Under the pieces are notes generated by a model. It did not search any database, had not been told where the DNA came from, and saw only the letters and a program-made list of their open reading frames with translations. Source: Podarcis erhardii (taxonomy: Eukaryota). From it: DNA of 64,000 nt. The stretch is taken from assembly GCA_964252035.1 (NCBI GenBank), contig OZ176203.1. The stretch is one strand, 5' to 3'. Position 1 is the stretch's first letter; the number at the start of each line of letters is the position of its first letter. Shown in pieces: positions 37,536-49,750 of the stretch. A program made the translations under genes and the position numbers.

Positions 37536-38904
37536 GAGTTGAGTGAAATAAGTATTTGATCCCTTTGCAAAAGATGACTTAGTACTTGGTGGCGAAACCC
37601 TTGTTGGCAATTACAGAGGTCAGACGTTTCTTGTAGGTGGCCACCAGGTTTGCACACATCTCAGGAGGTATTTTGTCCTACTCCTCTTTGCAGATCCTCT
37701 CCAAGTCAGTAAGATTCCGAGGGTGATGTGTAGCTACTCGAACCTTCAGCTCCCTCCACAGTTTTTCGATGGGATTAAGGTCTGGAGACTGGCTAGGCCA
37801 CTCTAGGACCTTAATGTGCTTCTTCTTGAGCTACTCCTTTGTTGCCTTGGCCGTGTGTTTTGGGTCATTGTCACGCTGGAATACCCATCCTCGACCCATT
37901 TTCAATGCCCTGGCTGAGGGAAGGAGGTGCTCACCCAAGATTTGACGATACGTGGTCCTGTCCATCGTCCCTTCAGTGTGGTGAAGGTGTCCTGTACCTA
38001 GGAGAAAAGCACCCCCAAAGCATAATATGTCCCTCTCCATGTTTGATGGTGGGGATGGTGTTCTTGGGGTCATAGGCAGCATTCTTCCTCCTCCCAACAC
38101 TGCGAGTTGAGTTGATGCCAAAGAGCTCGATTTTGGTCTCATCTGATCACAACACTTTCACCCAGTTCTCCTCTGGGTCATTCAGATGTGCATTGGCAAA
38201 CTGCAGATGGGCCTGTCCATGTGCTGTCTTGAGCAAGGAGACCTTGCGGGCTCTGCAAGATCTCAGTCCTTCATGGCATAGTGTGTTACCAACTGTTTTA
38301 ATGGTGACTTTGGTCCCAGCTGCCCTGAGATCATTGAAAAGTTTCCCCCATGTAGTTCTGGGCTGCTTCATCACCGTTCTCCTGAGCATTGCAACCCCAC
38401 AAGATGAGATCTTGCATGGAGCCCCAGACCGAGGGAAGTTGGCAGTTATTTTGTGTTTCTTCCATTTGCGAATTATTGCACCAACTGTTGTCACCTTCTC
38501 ACCAAGCTGCTTGGCAATAGTCTTGTAGCCCAGTCCAGCCTTGTGCAGGTCTACAATCTTGTCCCTGATATCCTTGGACAGCTCTTTGGTCTTGGTCATG
38601 GTGGCTACTTTGGAATCTGCTGGATTGATTGCTTCTGTCGACAGGTGTCTTTTGTGCAGGTACTGTAACAAGCTGGGATTATAGGTAAGACCTCTCCCTT
38701 ACAGCAGGTGCTTCTAATCTCAGCTCCTTACATACGGTAGCCTGACATCTGGCTGGTTGATAGGGGATCAAATACTTATTTCACTCATTATAATGCACAT
38801 CAATCTCTGACTTTTGTCTTCTGGGTTTCTGGGGGTTTTCCTGTTGTTATTCTGTCTCTCACAGCTACAGTAGCTGTGAGAGACAGAGTAACAACAGGAA
38901 AACC
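37536..38904 (-). mobile_element. Tc1-family DNA transposon (IR/DR type), decayed, outer TIR ends damaged
   Basis: Binding-site repeat TGAGTGAAATAAGTATTTGATCCC at 37540-37563 and its reverse complement at 38764-38787 enclose a transposase pseudogene. Confidence 0.93.
37579..38599 (-). pseudogene. Tc1 transposase (paired-like HTH plus DDE domain), inactivated
   Basis: [22 protein letters not shown]...RSGAP...KVL*SDETK...[12 protein letters not shown]...[12 protein letters not shown]. The W before the first catalytic D is a stop (38147-49); further stop and frameshifts; terminal TAA at 37579-81. Confidence 0.93.
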
Positions 38905-39596
38905 TGCTTAGATACATAAAGGAGGCCACAACAGTGTACGGCAAATCACATACTGGAACTCCAATTTCAATTGATTGACCAGTATTGAATCTAACTAAGA
39001 ATTACAAACAACCACCTTGCCATCATTTTGTTAGTCTGTTAATCTTAACAGATCCTACTAAGTTCATTAATATAGGTACAACTCAGGTAACCATCTGCTT
39101 AAATCATTATCATTGAAATCATTGAAAGCACTTAACTTTAGCTCAGTTTCTAAATTACTAGTTATTAGTCAGCAAGCTAGAGGGTTATGCTGCAAGATCT
39201 GTGTGTGCTTTGGGTCTTTTAACTTTCCTGGAGCAGGTTTTGTTTCCTCCTGAGAGGAAAACAACATGTCCCAAATGCTTCTTTGATCCACGTTCACAGC
39301 CCCTTTTCAAGGCAGTTCCTTCACCTCGTTTTTCATTCCAGAACACTTATAGACTCTTATTTGAAATTCCTTCTAAAATTACTCTTGTGAAGATTTTGAC
39401 TCGGCCCTTTATACCAAATGAAATCAAGATGAAAAAAAGAAAAAGATTGCATTTTCTTAAAATGGTCCTCCTCCTTCCTGTCTCCCTTGTTCATGTTCCT
39501 TTTTTCCTCCACAAAGTTTAGACTGTAAGCACCTTAAGGCATTGGACTTGCCTTTTGCTTCTGTTCCTCTGTTAAACACAAGGCATGTTTATTGTA

Positions 39597-39616
39597 CAAC
39601 AACAACAACAACAACA
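39597..39616 (+). repeat. (CAA)n microsatellite
   Basis: Directly visible. Confidence 0.9.
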
Positions 39617-41072
39617 GTGTGTTGTTATTCTTTGCGTGAAGTAAAATAAATCTAATAATGTTGGTTGAAGGATCTTGCCCTGCCAAAGCATTGCCCTGCC
39701 AAAGGCAAGTGGTCTACAATTTCACTTGCCTCCTGTTTCTAACATAGGGTGATATCCAGTATTGTATGAACCATTCTCAGAGTAGAACCATTGAAATAAA
39801 TATCTGCATTGTATCTAGATGTCCATTAAATCCCAGGAGCTGTAATACGATATAAGTAGAATGGTGAATATTAAGAATTTTTTTTATATATTAAAAAGTT
39901 ATTGGCTTGATGTAAAAAGTGGGAATGTTGTTTTGTTTAAAAGAGCTATTTATGCACCTAGGTGATTGCTATCCTTGGGGGAGAACTATGAAGCAAGGGA
40001 GATTTCTTTGTGGGGGGAGGATGTGTGTGCTGTTTCAAGTTGGTGCTGAGAGAGAGATAAAATCCTCTCTCTGTGTGTGTGCCCATGTTTGCATTTTGTA
40101 TATAATTTGTGAGCATGTATATATGACTTGCATGCCACTCAGTTAATGGAAGCACCCGTCCTTATGCTAGTTGTATGTAGTGCTTTTCTCTTTATGCTTC
40201 TGAAAACGCCAGCAATTTCTTCAGTCACTCCTAAGCCCTCTTTATCTCTTTTTAATGTAAGTGCACTGAAGTTTTCCCTTTTGTTTGCTGCCCTTCCATT
40301 ATTTACTTTGATCCTCTGTGAGAAAATCTGAAAGTGTGTTGTCCTAAATGCTAGCTTTTCACCAAAAAGATTTGAGGCCTTGTCCCTCATGTGGAAGAAA
40401 AAAGCTCTTGTGTGAAGATGCGGGTTTTGTTTAGTTCTCTATCCCTGGTGGGAGCCTTAATTGCATTTCTCTCTCACACACAGAGGCTGGCCACTGAGTG
40501 CCTTCCCTCCCCGCTGATGCCGGAGTTTTCAAGCTCTATTACACTATGGCAGTGAAAATTCCTTGGTCTAAGTTAAAGAGTCTGTTTATTATTTTATTTT
40601 TAAGAGATTTTAAAGTATTGTCAATTCGCCATTCACAGTAATTGCAACGAACAGTTGGCTAGCTTTATTCCCACCCTTCCCTTTTCTTCCTAGATGTTTC
40701 TACAAGTTTTATAACTTCCTATAAATTTACATCCTGTTCAATTTAGGATCCTAAATTTCATGGATTACTTCCTGGGCTAATAAACATAATGTTAAACAGG
40801 ACGTATTACCTGTTAAACAGAAATATGTGTTAACAATTTGGAATGGATTAATGTACAGCTGGCCTCGCGTTACTTTCTTTTGTTGGGTATATTTTGGTCT
40901 TCTAAAGCAAAACTTCCTTAGTTTTGACCCTAAATGGTCTCTCAGAATCTCTCAGTCATTACCAAAATATGGTAGATATTAGGAGATGGGCACTTTGAAG
41001 AAATATTTTAAAAGATATCTCAGAAAGTATTTCTAGATACATTGTGGAAAATTTCTGAATTTCTACACAGTA

Positions 41073-41303
41073 CAGTGGTACCTCAGGTTAAGTACCGGTA
41101 CTTAATTCGTTCTGGAGGTCCGTTCTTAACCTGAAACTGTTCTTAACCTGAAGACCACTTTAGCTAATGGGGCCTCCTGCTGCCGCCGTGCCACCGGAGC
41201 ACGATTTCTGTTGTCATCCTGAAGCAAAGTTCTTAACCCAAGGTACTATTTCTGGGTTATAGGAGTCTGTAACCTGAAGTGTATGTAACCCGAGGTACCA
41301 CTG
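41073..41303 (-). mobile_element. Tc1/mariner (Tigger/pogo-like) MITE, same family as 20684
   Basis: CAGTGGTACCTCAGGTTA / TAACCCGAGGTACCACTG with TA flanks; reverse complement of 20684-20924. Confidence 0.92.
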
Positions 41304-41867
41304 TACTGTTAATGCTTGCTGTTGATCAAACATTCATAATGTTAAGATCTCAGTTCAAAATCGGAGTAGACACTTACTTTTCTAAAGTTCTGGGTTAGCT
41401 GTCCAAGAAATGCTAGTTTCAATAAGATTAATTAATTTCCCTTGCAAATTCCTACTTTCCAGCCAAAGCCTGATGGTAATTTTTGAACATAATTTTCACT
41501 GTAGTTGCTTCCAGAGATAACAAGGCCAGGTAAACAAGGGTGGAAGGAATAGCGAGTGTCCTTCAAATGGAACGGGCGCCTGTACCAATACTGACACTTT
41601 CACATCATGGCACATATGTGTCATAGTACTTAGTAGTGGGTGGGGATAAAAGTTGGGGTGATTGAGTAGCCGGATGAACACCAGCTTTTGTATGCTGGAT
41701 CTTAAACCAATTCAGGCATTTTGAGTCTTTGTCGGTTGTCAGTGGTTCCCACTGAGCTCTATGGAACAAAGTAAACTAGCTGTTGAGGTACAGTTGGGTG
41801 TGGGGGGAAAACATGAAATCCTGCCTTCCTCACAATGCTAGGGTTACCAGTGCTCTACCTTCTGTGT

Positions 41868-42006
41868 AATCACAGAATTGTTGGGTTGGAAGGGGCCACA
41901 AGGGTCATCTAGTCTAACTGCCTGCAATTCAGGAATCTTCTGCCCGGTGTGGGTCTAGAACCCTCAACCCTGATATTAAGAATCTCATGCTGCACTGACG
42001 GAGCCA
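41868..42006 (-). mobile_element. tRNA-Lys-derived, CR1-tailed SINE (Squam3-like), diverged
   Basis: Plus strand AATCACAGAATTGTTGGGTTGGAAGGGGCCACAAGGGTCATCTAGTC...CCCTGATATTAAGAATCTCATGC is the reverse complement of the 60610 family. Confidence 0.7.
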
Positions 42007-45000
42007 TCTGATTCATCTTCACTCATGGGTGGTGGCAGGAGCACTGCGTATGAGGTAATGTTGCAGTGGAAACTGAACCTCTTACACCAGTCCTCACAGT
42101 GGTCCGGCGTCAGCCAGCAGGGACTTCGTGAAGGATGCTAAATTTCTCTTGAGTCCTATTCCTCCACCCAACCTTAATGAGAGGCATATTGTTAGTTCTA
42201 TGATAAAAAGAAGCATGACGTTTTATGTAGGGCAGTGCTGGGCCTAGAATGAAGCTTTTTAGAATGCAGTCAAGCCAGTGTATGCTGTAGCTAAAATAAA
42301 TCCATGAAATGGATCATTTCATTCTGTTCATTTGTTGCTTTCATATGATGCCTGTATGGTATATTTTTAGAATCTCTTAAAAATCGGAGGGGCTTTGAGT
42401 GGAGGCTATTGAAAGGGAATGCATTTAGTTAGTACAACCTCTGCGGTGTAGAGTTGTCATTCTGCCTAGGTGCTAAAAAAGTTCCAAGACATTGGGATAT
42501 GATTGTGACCGCATAGGGAACCCAGGGAGCAAGGCACAAAGGTTGGGTGAACTGGGTCACATTTTATTTCTTTAGCACACCAGATCTGTAGAAGGGAACC
42601 AAGATTCAGGATGCTAATTATGCATAGCAAACTGGATGAGCCAGTGCTTCCAAGAGTAAGGAGTAGCAAGGGAGTAGGAAGGTCTTGCTGTTACATTCCC
42701 TCCTGGGGTTCCACAACTCAGTGCAGATGTTATGGGTTGGCCTCAGAGATGCTCCTTGCTCTGTTAGCGGGTTCCTGAAGGCAGTTCTCAGAACTGTATC
42801 CTTCACCCTTAAAAGTCCATAAGGGTGTTCACCAACACTATCCAGCCAGGCCTGTCAACTGACATGAGAATAAAAAAATCCTACTTGGCCCCCAAAAGGT
42901 GACTGAATAAAGGGTGAGAGGATGGATGCCACACTGAACACATAACATGGTTCAGGCTTAAATAGTCCAACATCGAACCCTGTCTCCCGTGATGCCAGCA
43001 CAGCATGCATATGTACACATGAACCCAGATGTCATGCTTCCCTTTCCTAAGTGGCAAAGGCCTCTGTAGTTGTCTTTGGTGTGGTGGCAGCCGGATTCCT
43101 TCCTTCTTCTATCTGTTGTAGCAGGCAGTTCTAGTCTTGCATTGTAGTTGGTGGTGAGAATAAAGATAATTGTTTATTTGATCTGTGCATGTTGCACTGT
43201 ATATGCCTGGCCATCAATCGTTAGTTGATACCCACTGAAGCTGATGGGAACAGGGCAGAGGGCAACTAACAGCAGATGGAGCTAGGGGCAGTCCTAGCCA
43301 GGGAGCACAATTGACACAGATACACACTGTCTATTGGGAATTTTTTTTTTGTCATCCAGACTCCATCCCTCTAGAACGTATACATTTTACTATTGTTTCT
43401 GTTCAGAATGGCCTTCAAATTCCATTCTTTATGCTGCTAGATAAAAAATACAGAAATGTCAAGTGTCATATTTATATGTAGTTTCATGGTTTAGAGCTGT
43501 AACATTGCTCACTTAATACTGGGAAAATCAAGAGAAAAATGGAGTAAGAAATATTTTTGATTCATCATTATGACTTAAGTTGGCGTTTACCTGACTTCAG
43601 ACAGAATAAATTAGGAGTCTATTCAAAGTTATTAATTGGAAGGGGGCCCAACTGCATGGTTACTTCTTCTTCTTCTTTTTTTTTAATCCTCAGAGGTAAC
43701 ACTAAACAAATTCATGAAACCTGGTAAAGACCAGGACATCCTTATTCTTGGAAGATCCATATAGTGATTCTGCATTACAGAAGAGGAAAGAATTTGGATT
43801 GATTCCATTACTGTGGTTGTGCTTGGGCATCCACAGATAATTGAAAAATCCATGAATGTTTAATAAAACATTCTGCTAAATTCTTGTCTCGAAATGTTAA
43901 TCTCTCATATACAGGAAAGACAGTGCTATATCATCCAATATGCCCGAATCCATATATGTGTGTGTTCAAATCCCATACTCAGCCATAAAGTTCATTGGGT
44001 GACCTTAAGTTCAGTTATCATTTATTTATTTACTTATTAAATTCACTTGCCTAGTTTGGAAGTAATGTGAAACCATAGTTTAGTGTTACAAGAATGAGTC
44101 TAGCGTCACCTAGGCTCACTAGCTCACATTCCCTTTTCCCTCAGACTCGTCTACCTCAAAGGGTTGTTAGAATAAAAGTGGGGGAGGAGAATGCCTTGAA
44201 CTCTTTGAAGGAAATATATAGGATATACCTGAAATAGCAAAATTACAAATATTACTTTTTTCCTGTGTTTAAGCAACATTCATATCCATCATGTTTTTTT
44301 GTTCTCCTTGTTTCTTGCTTTGATATATTCAAAACTCACTTCCTCTTCTCTCAGACTTAAAATAGCTGAACTTTATTGTAATTTACACTCCTATATAAAC
44401 ACAAATTTTAAAAGCTAAAGTTACTGAGTACAATGCAGCTGGAGTTAAGCACTTTTTCATGGCCGTGCTTAAAATGCTTAAGTGCTAAGTACTTTGGTTA
44501 AGTCTTGAAATAATGATAGGAGCTGTGATCTGAAGTCATACATATACGGTTTTCTTCTGAAAATCGAGTTTATTATTCTGGGATAGTTCCCTCCTCCCTT
44601 TTCTTGATACTACAGGAATGTGTAAAATTGGGGAGTCAGAAGAGACTGGATATTAAATCTAAGATCATAGGGCTGCATATATCCTTAGGCTAGAAAAGTT
44701 TTTCCCCCTCCTCTTTGTTGTTGTTTCCTTCCTCGTTGTAAGCATTAGCATTTGAAAATCTTTGCTGATTGCATTGAAGTTGCTTCTGCTGAGTCAGGTC
44801 ATCCAGCCTTTTTGAAACTCTGGACAGCCATGTTACTAAAACCAGTGCTTATTAGAATTTTAATTTAACGCCAAATTCTCACACTACAAAGGGAGTTGGG
44901 TAGAAACTCCTTGGTAGGTATATAATAAAGTGCTCTTGTATTTTTAATTTTTTAATCCCAACATAGGTACACCCTAAGTAGATAGAAAAATGCAGTAATG

Positions 45001-45861
45001 ACCTGTCTGTTTCTGCACTCAATTCAAAATTATGGTCATGAGTTTTAAGCTTTCCTTCCAGCACTGTACAGTGATGGGCAAGAGATGGGGTATATTTCTG
45101 CTTGGCCACTGTGAGAACAGAGTGATAGATTAGATGGGCCATTTGCCTGATCTTATGTCCTCTCTGTTGCTGTATATACATGTCTTCCTGTTTGTATGCC
45201 TACCAGTGTGGATGCAAGAGACAGCGGATGCATGCCAACCGTTCCAGCCTTGGTGATGCCCACTTTTGCTTGTTGATGCCCTTTACTGGCACGTGGCCCC
45301 AGCAGGGTAGGACAACACAAAATGAAGCCTTCAGGACAAAAAGAGATAGTTCTAGAGAGCTTCCTATTAGCATTCTACTAACAACTACTAACAACTGAGA
45401 GTTTGATAGTTAGGGGCCTTATCATGTTCCTAATCATGATTAATTTTCTGCCCAGTGGGGCCAGACTTGCCCCTTTTCTAATGGTCTTGTTCTGCTACCC
45501 AAGACTTTCCCTTTTGGCAAGCCTTTAGCTTACCAAATATTTTAATCTTCAGGGTTTTCTTCTCTGTGTATCTTGTATAGCTTTCTTTTTGGTTATGATT
45601 ATTTTGTATTGTCCTATAAATATTGTTTCAGTTGGTTCTTGAATTTGTAAATTACATTGAAAACTTTTTAGTGGAAAGATACATCAGAAATATTTCAGAT
45701 AAAGAAATAAAAGGATACTTATGAAGGGAAGTTAATTAGTTTCCCAGAAGACTTTGTGTTAAACACCCTTCGCCTGTAACTTATTTCAAAAGTGGCTTTT
45801 CAAGTTGTGCGTAAGGCTGCAGTAGGAAGCAGGGACTCAGGATTTTTACTGCACACACTTG

Positions 45862-46156
45862 GGCCAGGTTCACATGTTACATAGAACCATAGTTAAAATA
45901 AACTATGACTTGATATAAAAGAACTAGTGTGTGCTGTTCAGAAGTCCATGATTCACTAAGAAGAAAACCAGAATCTGGCTTAATATTTTCTGAAAACCTA
46001 GGCCCATGGTTTGTTCTCATCAAACAAACCACAAGCAGAAACAAAAGGGGAAGAACAAAATGTGGATATTTGAGTCGTGTGCATGAACAGACTGCTGATG
46101 CATATTAAACCATATTTAATTTTAACTATGGTTTAATGTCATGTGTTAGCTAAGCC
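45862..46156. mobile_element. Old MITE-like element (AACCATAGTT family)
   Basis: Imperfect terminal inverted arms CACATGTTACATAGAACCATAGTTAAAATAAACTATG / CATATTTAATTTTAACTATGGTTTAATGTCATGTG. Confidence 0.55.
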
Positions 46157-46380
46157 ACTGGGTAACTATCTAAAACATAGGTACAAGTTATAAAACTAGA
46201 GGATAATTCTCACACCGTGGAAAAAAATCCTAAGACCTCACCCAGCTGTAAGTATGTCCATTGGTCCAAAGAACCACACCACTAGTTCTGTGCATCCAAA
46301 AGACTTTTCTTCTCTGTCCAAAATGGCTTCACACCAGCTGAACCTTTAGAAAGCAGTTTTTGATACATGGCAGGATTGTA

Positions 46381-46900
46381 TGTCATGGACTGGCTGGATG
46401 CAGAGGATTGGTAGGAGGCACAATCTGGGGAACCTCAAGGGAACCCCCAGGAGAAGCTAGGGGACCAGTGGTGGAATGATGATAAGTGGTCAGAGGGAGA
46501 ACAGAGAGCAGACTGGGAGGAGGATTTGTCAGAAGCTGAAGAAACAACAGGGTTTAGTGAGAAGCAGCAGCTGGGGCAGAGAGGTCCTGATTCAGAGGCT
46601 GGAGAAGAGGAGGACCAGGAGACAGAGATGAGGTCAGCTGCTGAAGAGTCCAGGGAGTCTCCCTCTCCTGCTGTGGCCAGTTCCCCTCCCCCCGGTCTCC
46701 CAGAACATGAAGAGAAATGAAAAGAGCAGTGGAGAGATTGGTAGTGCACAGACACAGTCTTATTGCTTGGAAGAAACCTTGGAGAGGAGGGGACTTAGGC
46801 AGCGTGGGAGGGCAGGGACCTTCTTTCCTTGCAACTCCCCCATTGGACTAAGTTGTACTGGGAAGAGTTGTTGAGATCGCTAGGACTGTGCTGTTTTTCT
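46381..46900 (+). mobile_element. Putative solo-LTR-like repeat (Gypsy-type), purine-rich
   Basis: Starts TGTCATGG; abrupt GA-rich, GC-rich block resembling a recalled lacertid LTR-like repeat; right boundary uncertain. Confidence 0.45.
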
Positions 46901-49559
46901 TTCTTATTGGGTACACTTAAAAGTAGGTCTTAGCATACCAGTCATGAAATACATTCTATTGTCGTATTGAAGTTGTAAAGGTTTGAAGTCAAATCTAACT
47001 TTAGAAAGGGTTATAGCTTTTGATCCACGTGTCATTGATGAAAATTGCTAGTTATCACATCTGCTGCCTGAGAATACAACAATGGGTCCAGGGCCACTCC
47101 TAGTCTATAAACTTATATTACCAGGAACAGCAAAACATCAATTATTTAAGATTATATCTTCTTTTCGGTTTACAAGATTGCCGTTCTCAAACATGATCAT
47201 CTGCTGGATAAGCATAGACACAGCAGCAGGCAGATTTGGATGAACATGAGAGATCTGGGTTCTATCAGCAATGAACGCTAGGGCCATTGTTTCCCAGTAT
47301 CTTCATATACACACACAAAGTTTGGTGGGTGAATGAATGGGCAAGATAAGACCACAGAAAAAACCACCATGTTCACCCTTGGGCAGCAATCCTAGAAAAC
47401 CTGCTTGGTCTCCCAGCTAGACCTTTTTGTCTTAATGATGAAATGTATTGGAGAGCCCCCCAAAATATCTGTTACAGCCAAGGTACTTACGGCTATCAGT
47501 CTCTCAGTAAAGACTGTCAGCAAGAGTCACAAATACATTATTGGTGCACTGTCCATATTGAAAACCAGGCACACATGGCTTGAGAAAGCCAGTAACACTC
47601 AGGTGGGTCTGACTTGCACAGCAGCCAGGTTCTTCACAAATGAAAGGCAGGAAATGATGTGATTAGTGAAAGTCAACTCAGGTTTTGATTTATTTTTGAC
47701 AGCAGATTTGAGCTGTCACCTGAGAAGATGTTCCCATTTCAGCCAGATAAGGATACATATTTACCCAGATGACTTTCACCAGGTAAGATAGATAGGACTC
47801 CAACTTAGTGGAATACACCATTGAAAGTGATTTGGATAAAAGAAGAGTAAGTCTCTGGTTCCTTGAACTGTGATGCTGCCTCTAAGTTGATCTGAGAACA
47901 GTTATTTTTGACTGCCAAGTAGGTAGCATTCACATCACAGTAGGTTTGAGATGGTTCTGTGACCTGTTTTACGTGTAATGTGAAACTATGGTTTAATATG
48001 AACAAGCAGGGGTGTTGGTGACGTGAGAAAATTGTGGCCACTTAGCTCGTTCCCCGCTGCTGCCATGCTACCAGGAACCAAGTTATGCTTTGGTTTAGTG
48101 TTACATCTGAACCCAAGCTTGTCCTTTGTCTCGCTCCAAGCAAACCAGGAGCAGTAACCAAGGCCTCTGTTAAAGCTGGTGGCTAGGTTCATGTGGGAAG
48201 AGGCTGTCTTCCTTATCTAGCCTCAACCCAGCACCTTGAATTGGGACCAAAAGCAAATCACAAGCAATTTAACAAGATAGTGTGATAAGGTCAGAAAAGC
48301 AGATGTCAGAATTAATTCTTGCCATAGCTGTGGTTTCCAAACTCCTTTCAAGCCCAATGTAGAATATGTTGCAGGAATCTAATCTGCAAGTGACTAAGGC
48401 TCACGTAACTGGTCAGACCTGCTTACTCCAGGAATAGGTCTTTCTTTTTGCACCCATGTTTACTGTATGTTGTCCAGGACTGATCATTCATGGTAAGCCA
48501 GCAATTTCCCAGGATTGAGGGTCTCTTGATGAAAAACATTGAGCTTGGCAAAGCAAAACTGGTAGAAATATGGTCAGGACAGAATTTCCTTGTTTAAACT
48601 TTGGTATATAGAATTGTCGCTCACGAATTGGTCACTAAAGCCTAATTCACACAAACAGCTGATGGTGGTGGCTGTACCGCTTAAGAATCACTGAAGTGCT
48701 TGACACTGCATGAAGTTAAGCCTCCTTTGGGTGAAAATGGGAATGGACAAGAGTTGTGTATAAATCAATGTGTCTGTTATATTATAAACACTGAATTTAA
48801 ACCAGCTCCTTGGAACTATGTATAGGTTAGGCTCATAAAGAAAAACATTTTCCCCATTAAAGGCAACCTCTGCCAGAGACCCTGAGAAGTAAATTAAAGA
48901 CATGTAAGTGATGGTTAAAATCTGGAGTGACAGGTATTTTTCCCTTTTGTATTTAGAACCTCTGACATGATGCAATGAAAAATGATTAGGGCTTTAGCTT
49001 GCAAGAGACGTATAGAAACCCGCATTGCATGCAGCCCTTTCTTCATAGTTTAGTTTGTAACACAAACTGGTTTTGATATAAACGTCATTTTGCTCTGTGA
49101 ACAGAAAATGTGCAGTTGCAGAGTACTGGCGTGCTTTTGAAGAGTTAGCACTTTATAAGGGCTAATGTTATCAGCATGTTAAATACTATCTTTAGATACT
49201 AGTTGTGTTGAGCCTACAGTAATCCATCAACATTCCATGGAGAACTTTTGTGAAAAAAAGGTGCTGCCCCATTAGTCAAAACTGCACACGTGGAACACGG
49301 GGGCAACTATTTTCCCGCCTTGTCAGTGACCATGCGGATGACGTTATGTCACAACTCAGCGTTGTTCTCAGGGGCATTCTGTTATTTAAAAGTTGCTACA
49401 ACTTTTTAAAATAGGGTCCAGCATTTACCCTCTTTTGTAGGCTTTGCAAACTGGATGCTATCTAGGTATTTTGAACTAAAACTTCTGTTAGCCACAAGCA
49501 GCACCCAGTTGGGGAAGGTTGTTCTACTTAAGATGATAGCAATGTTTTAAGCTAACATA

Positions 49560-49750
49560 CAGTGGTACCTCTGGATATGAACGGGATCCGTTCCGGAGCT
49601 CCGTTCGTATCTAGAAGCAAACGTAGCAAGCAACGGCACGTCTGCGCGCGTCACTTTTCACTGCGTCTGCGCATGCGCATGATGTCATTTTGAGCGTCTG
49701 CGCATGCGTAAGCGGCGAAACCCAGAAGTAATGCGCTCCGTTACTTCTGG
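49560..49750 (-). mobile_element. Tc1/mariner (Tigger-like) MITE, partial, same family as 36609
   Basis: TA+CAGTGGTACCTCTGGATATGAACGGGATCCGTTCCGGAGC; GCGCATGCGC-rich body is the reverse complement of 36609-36864. Confidence 0.85.
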
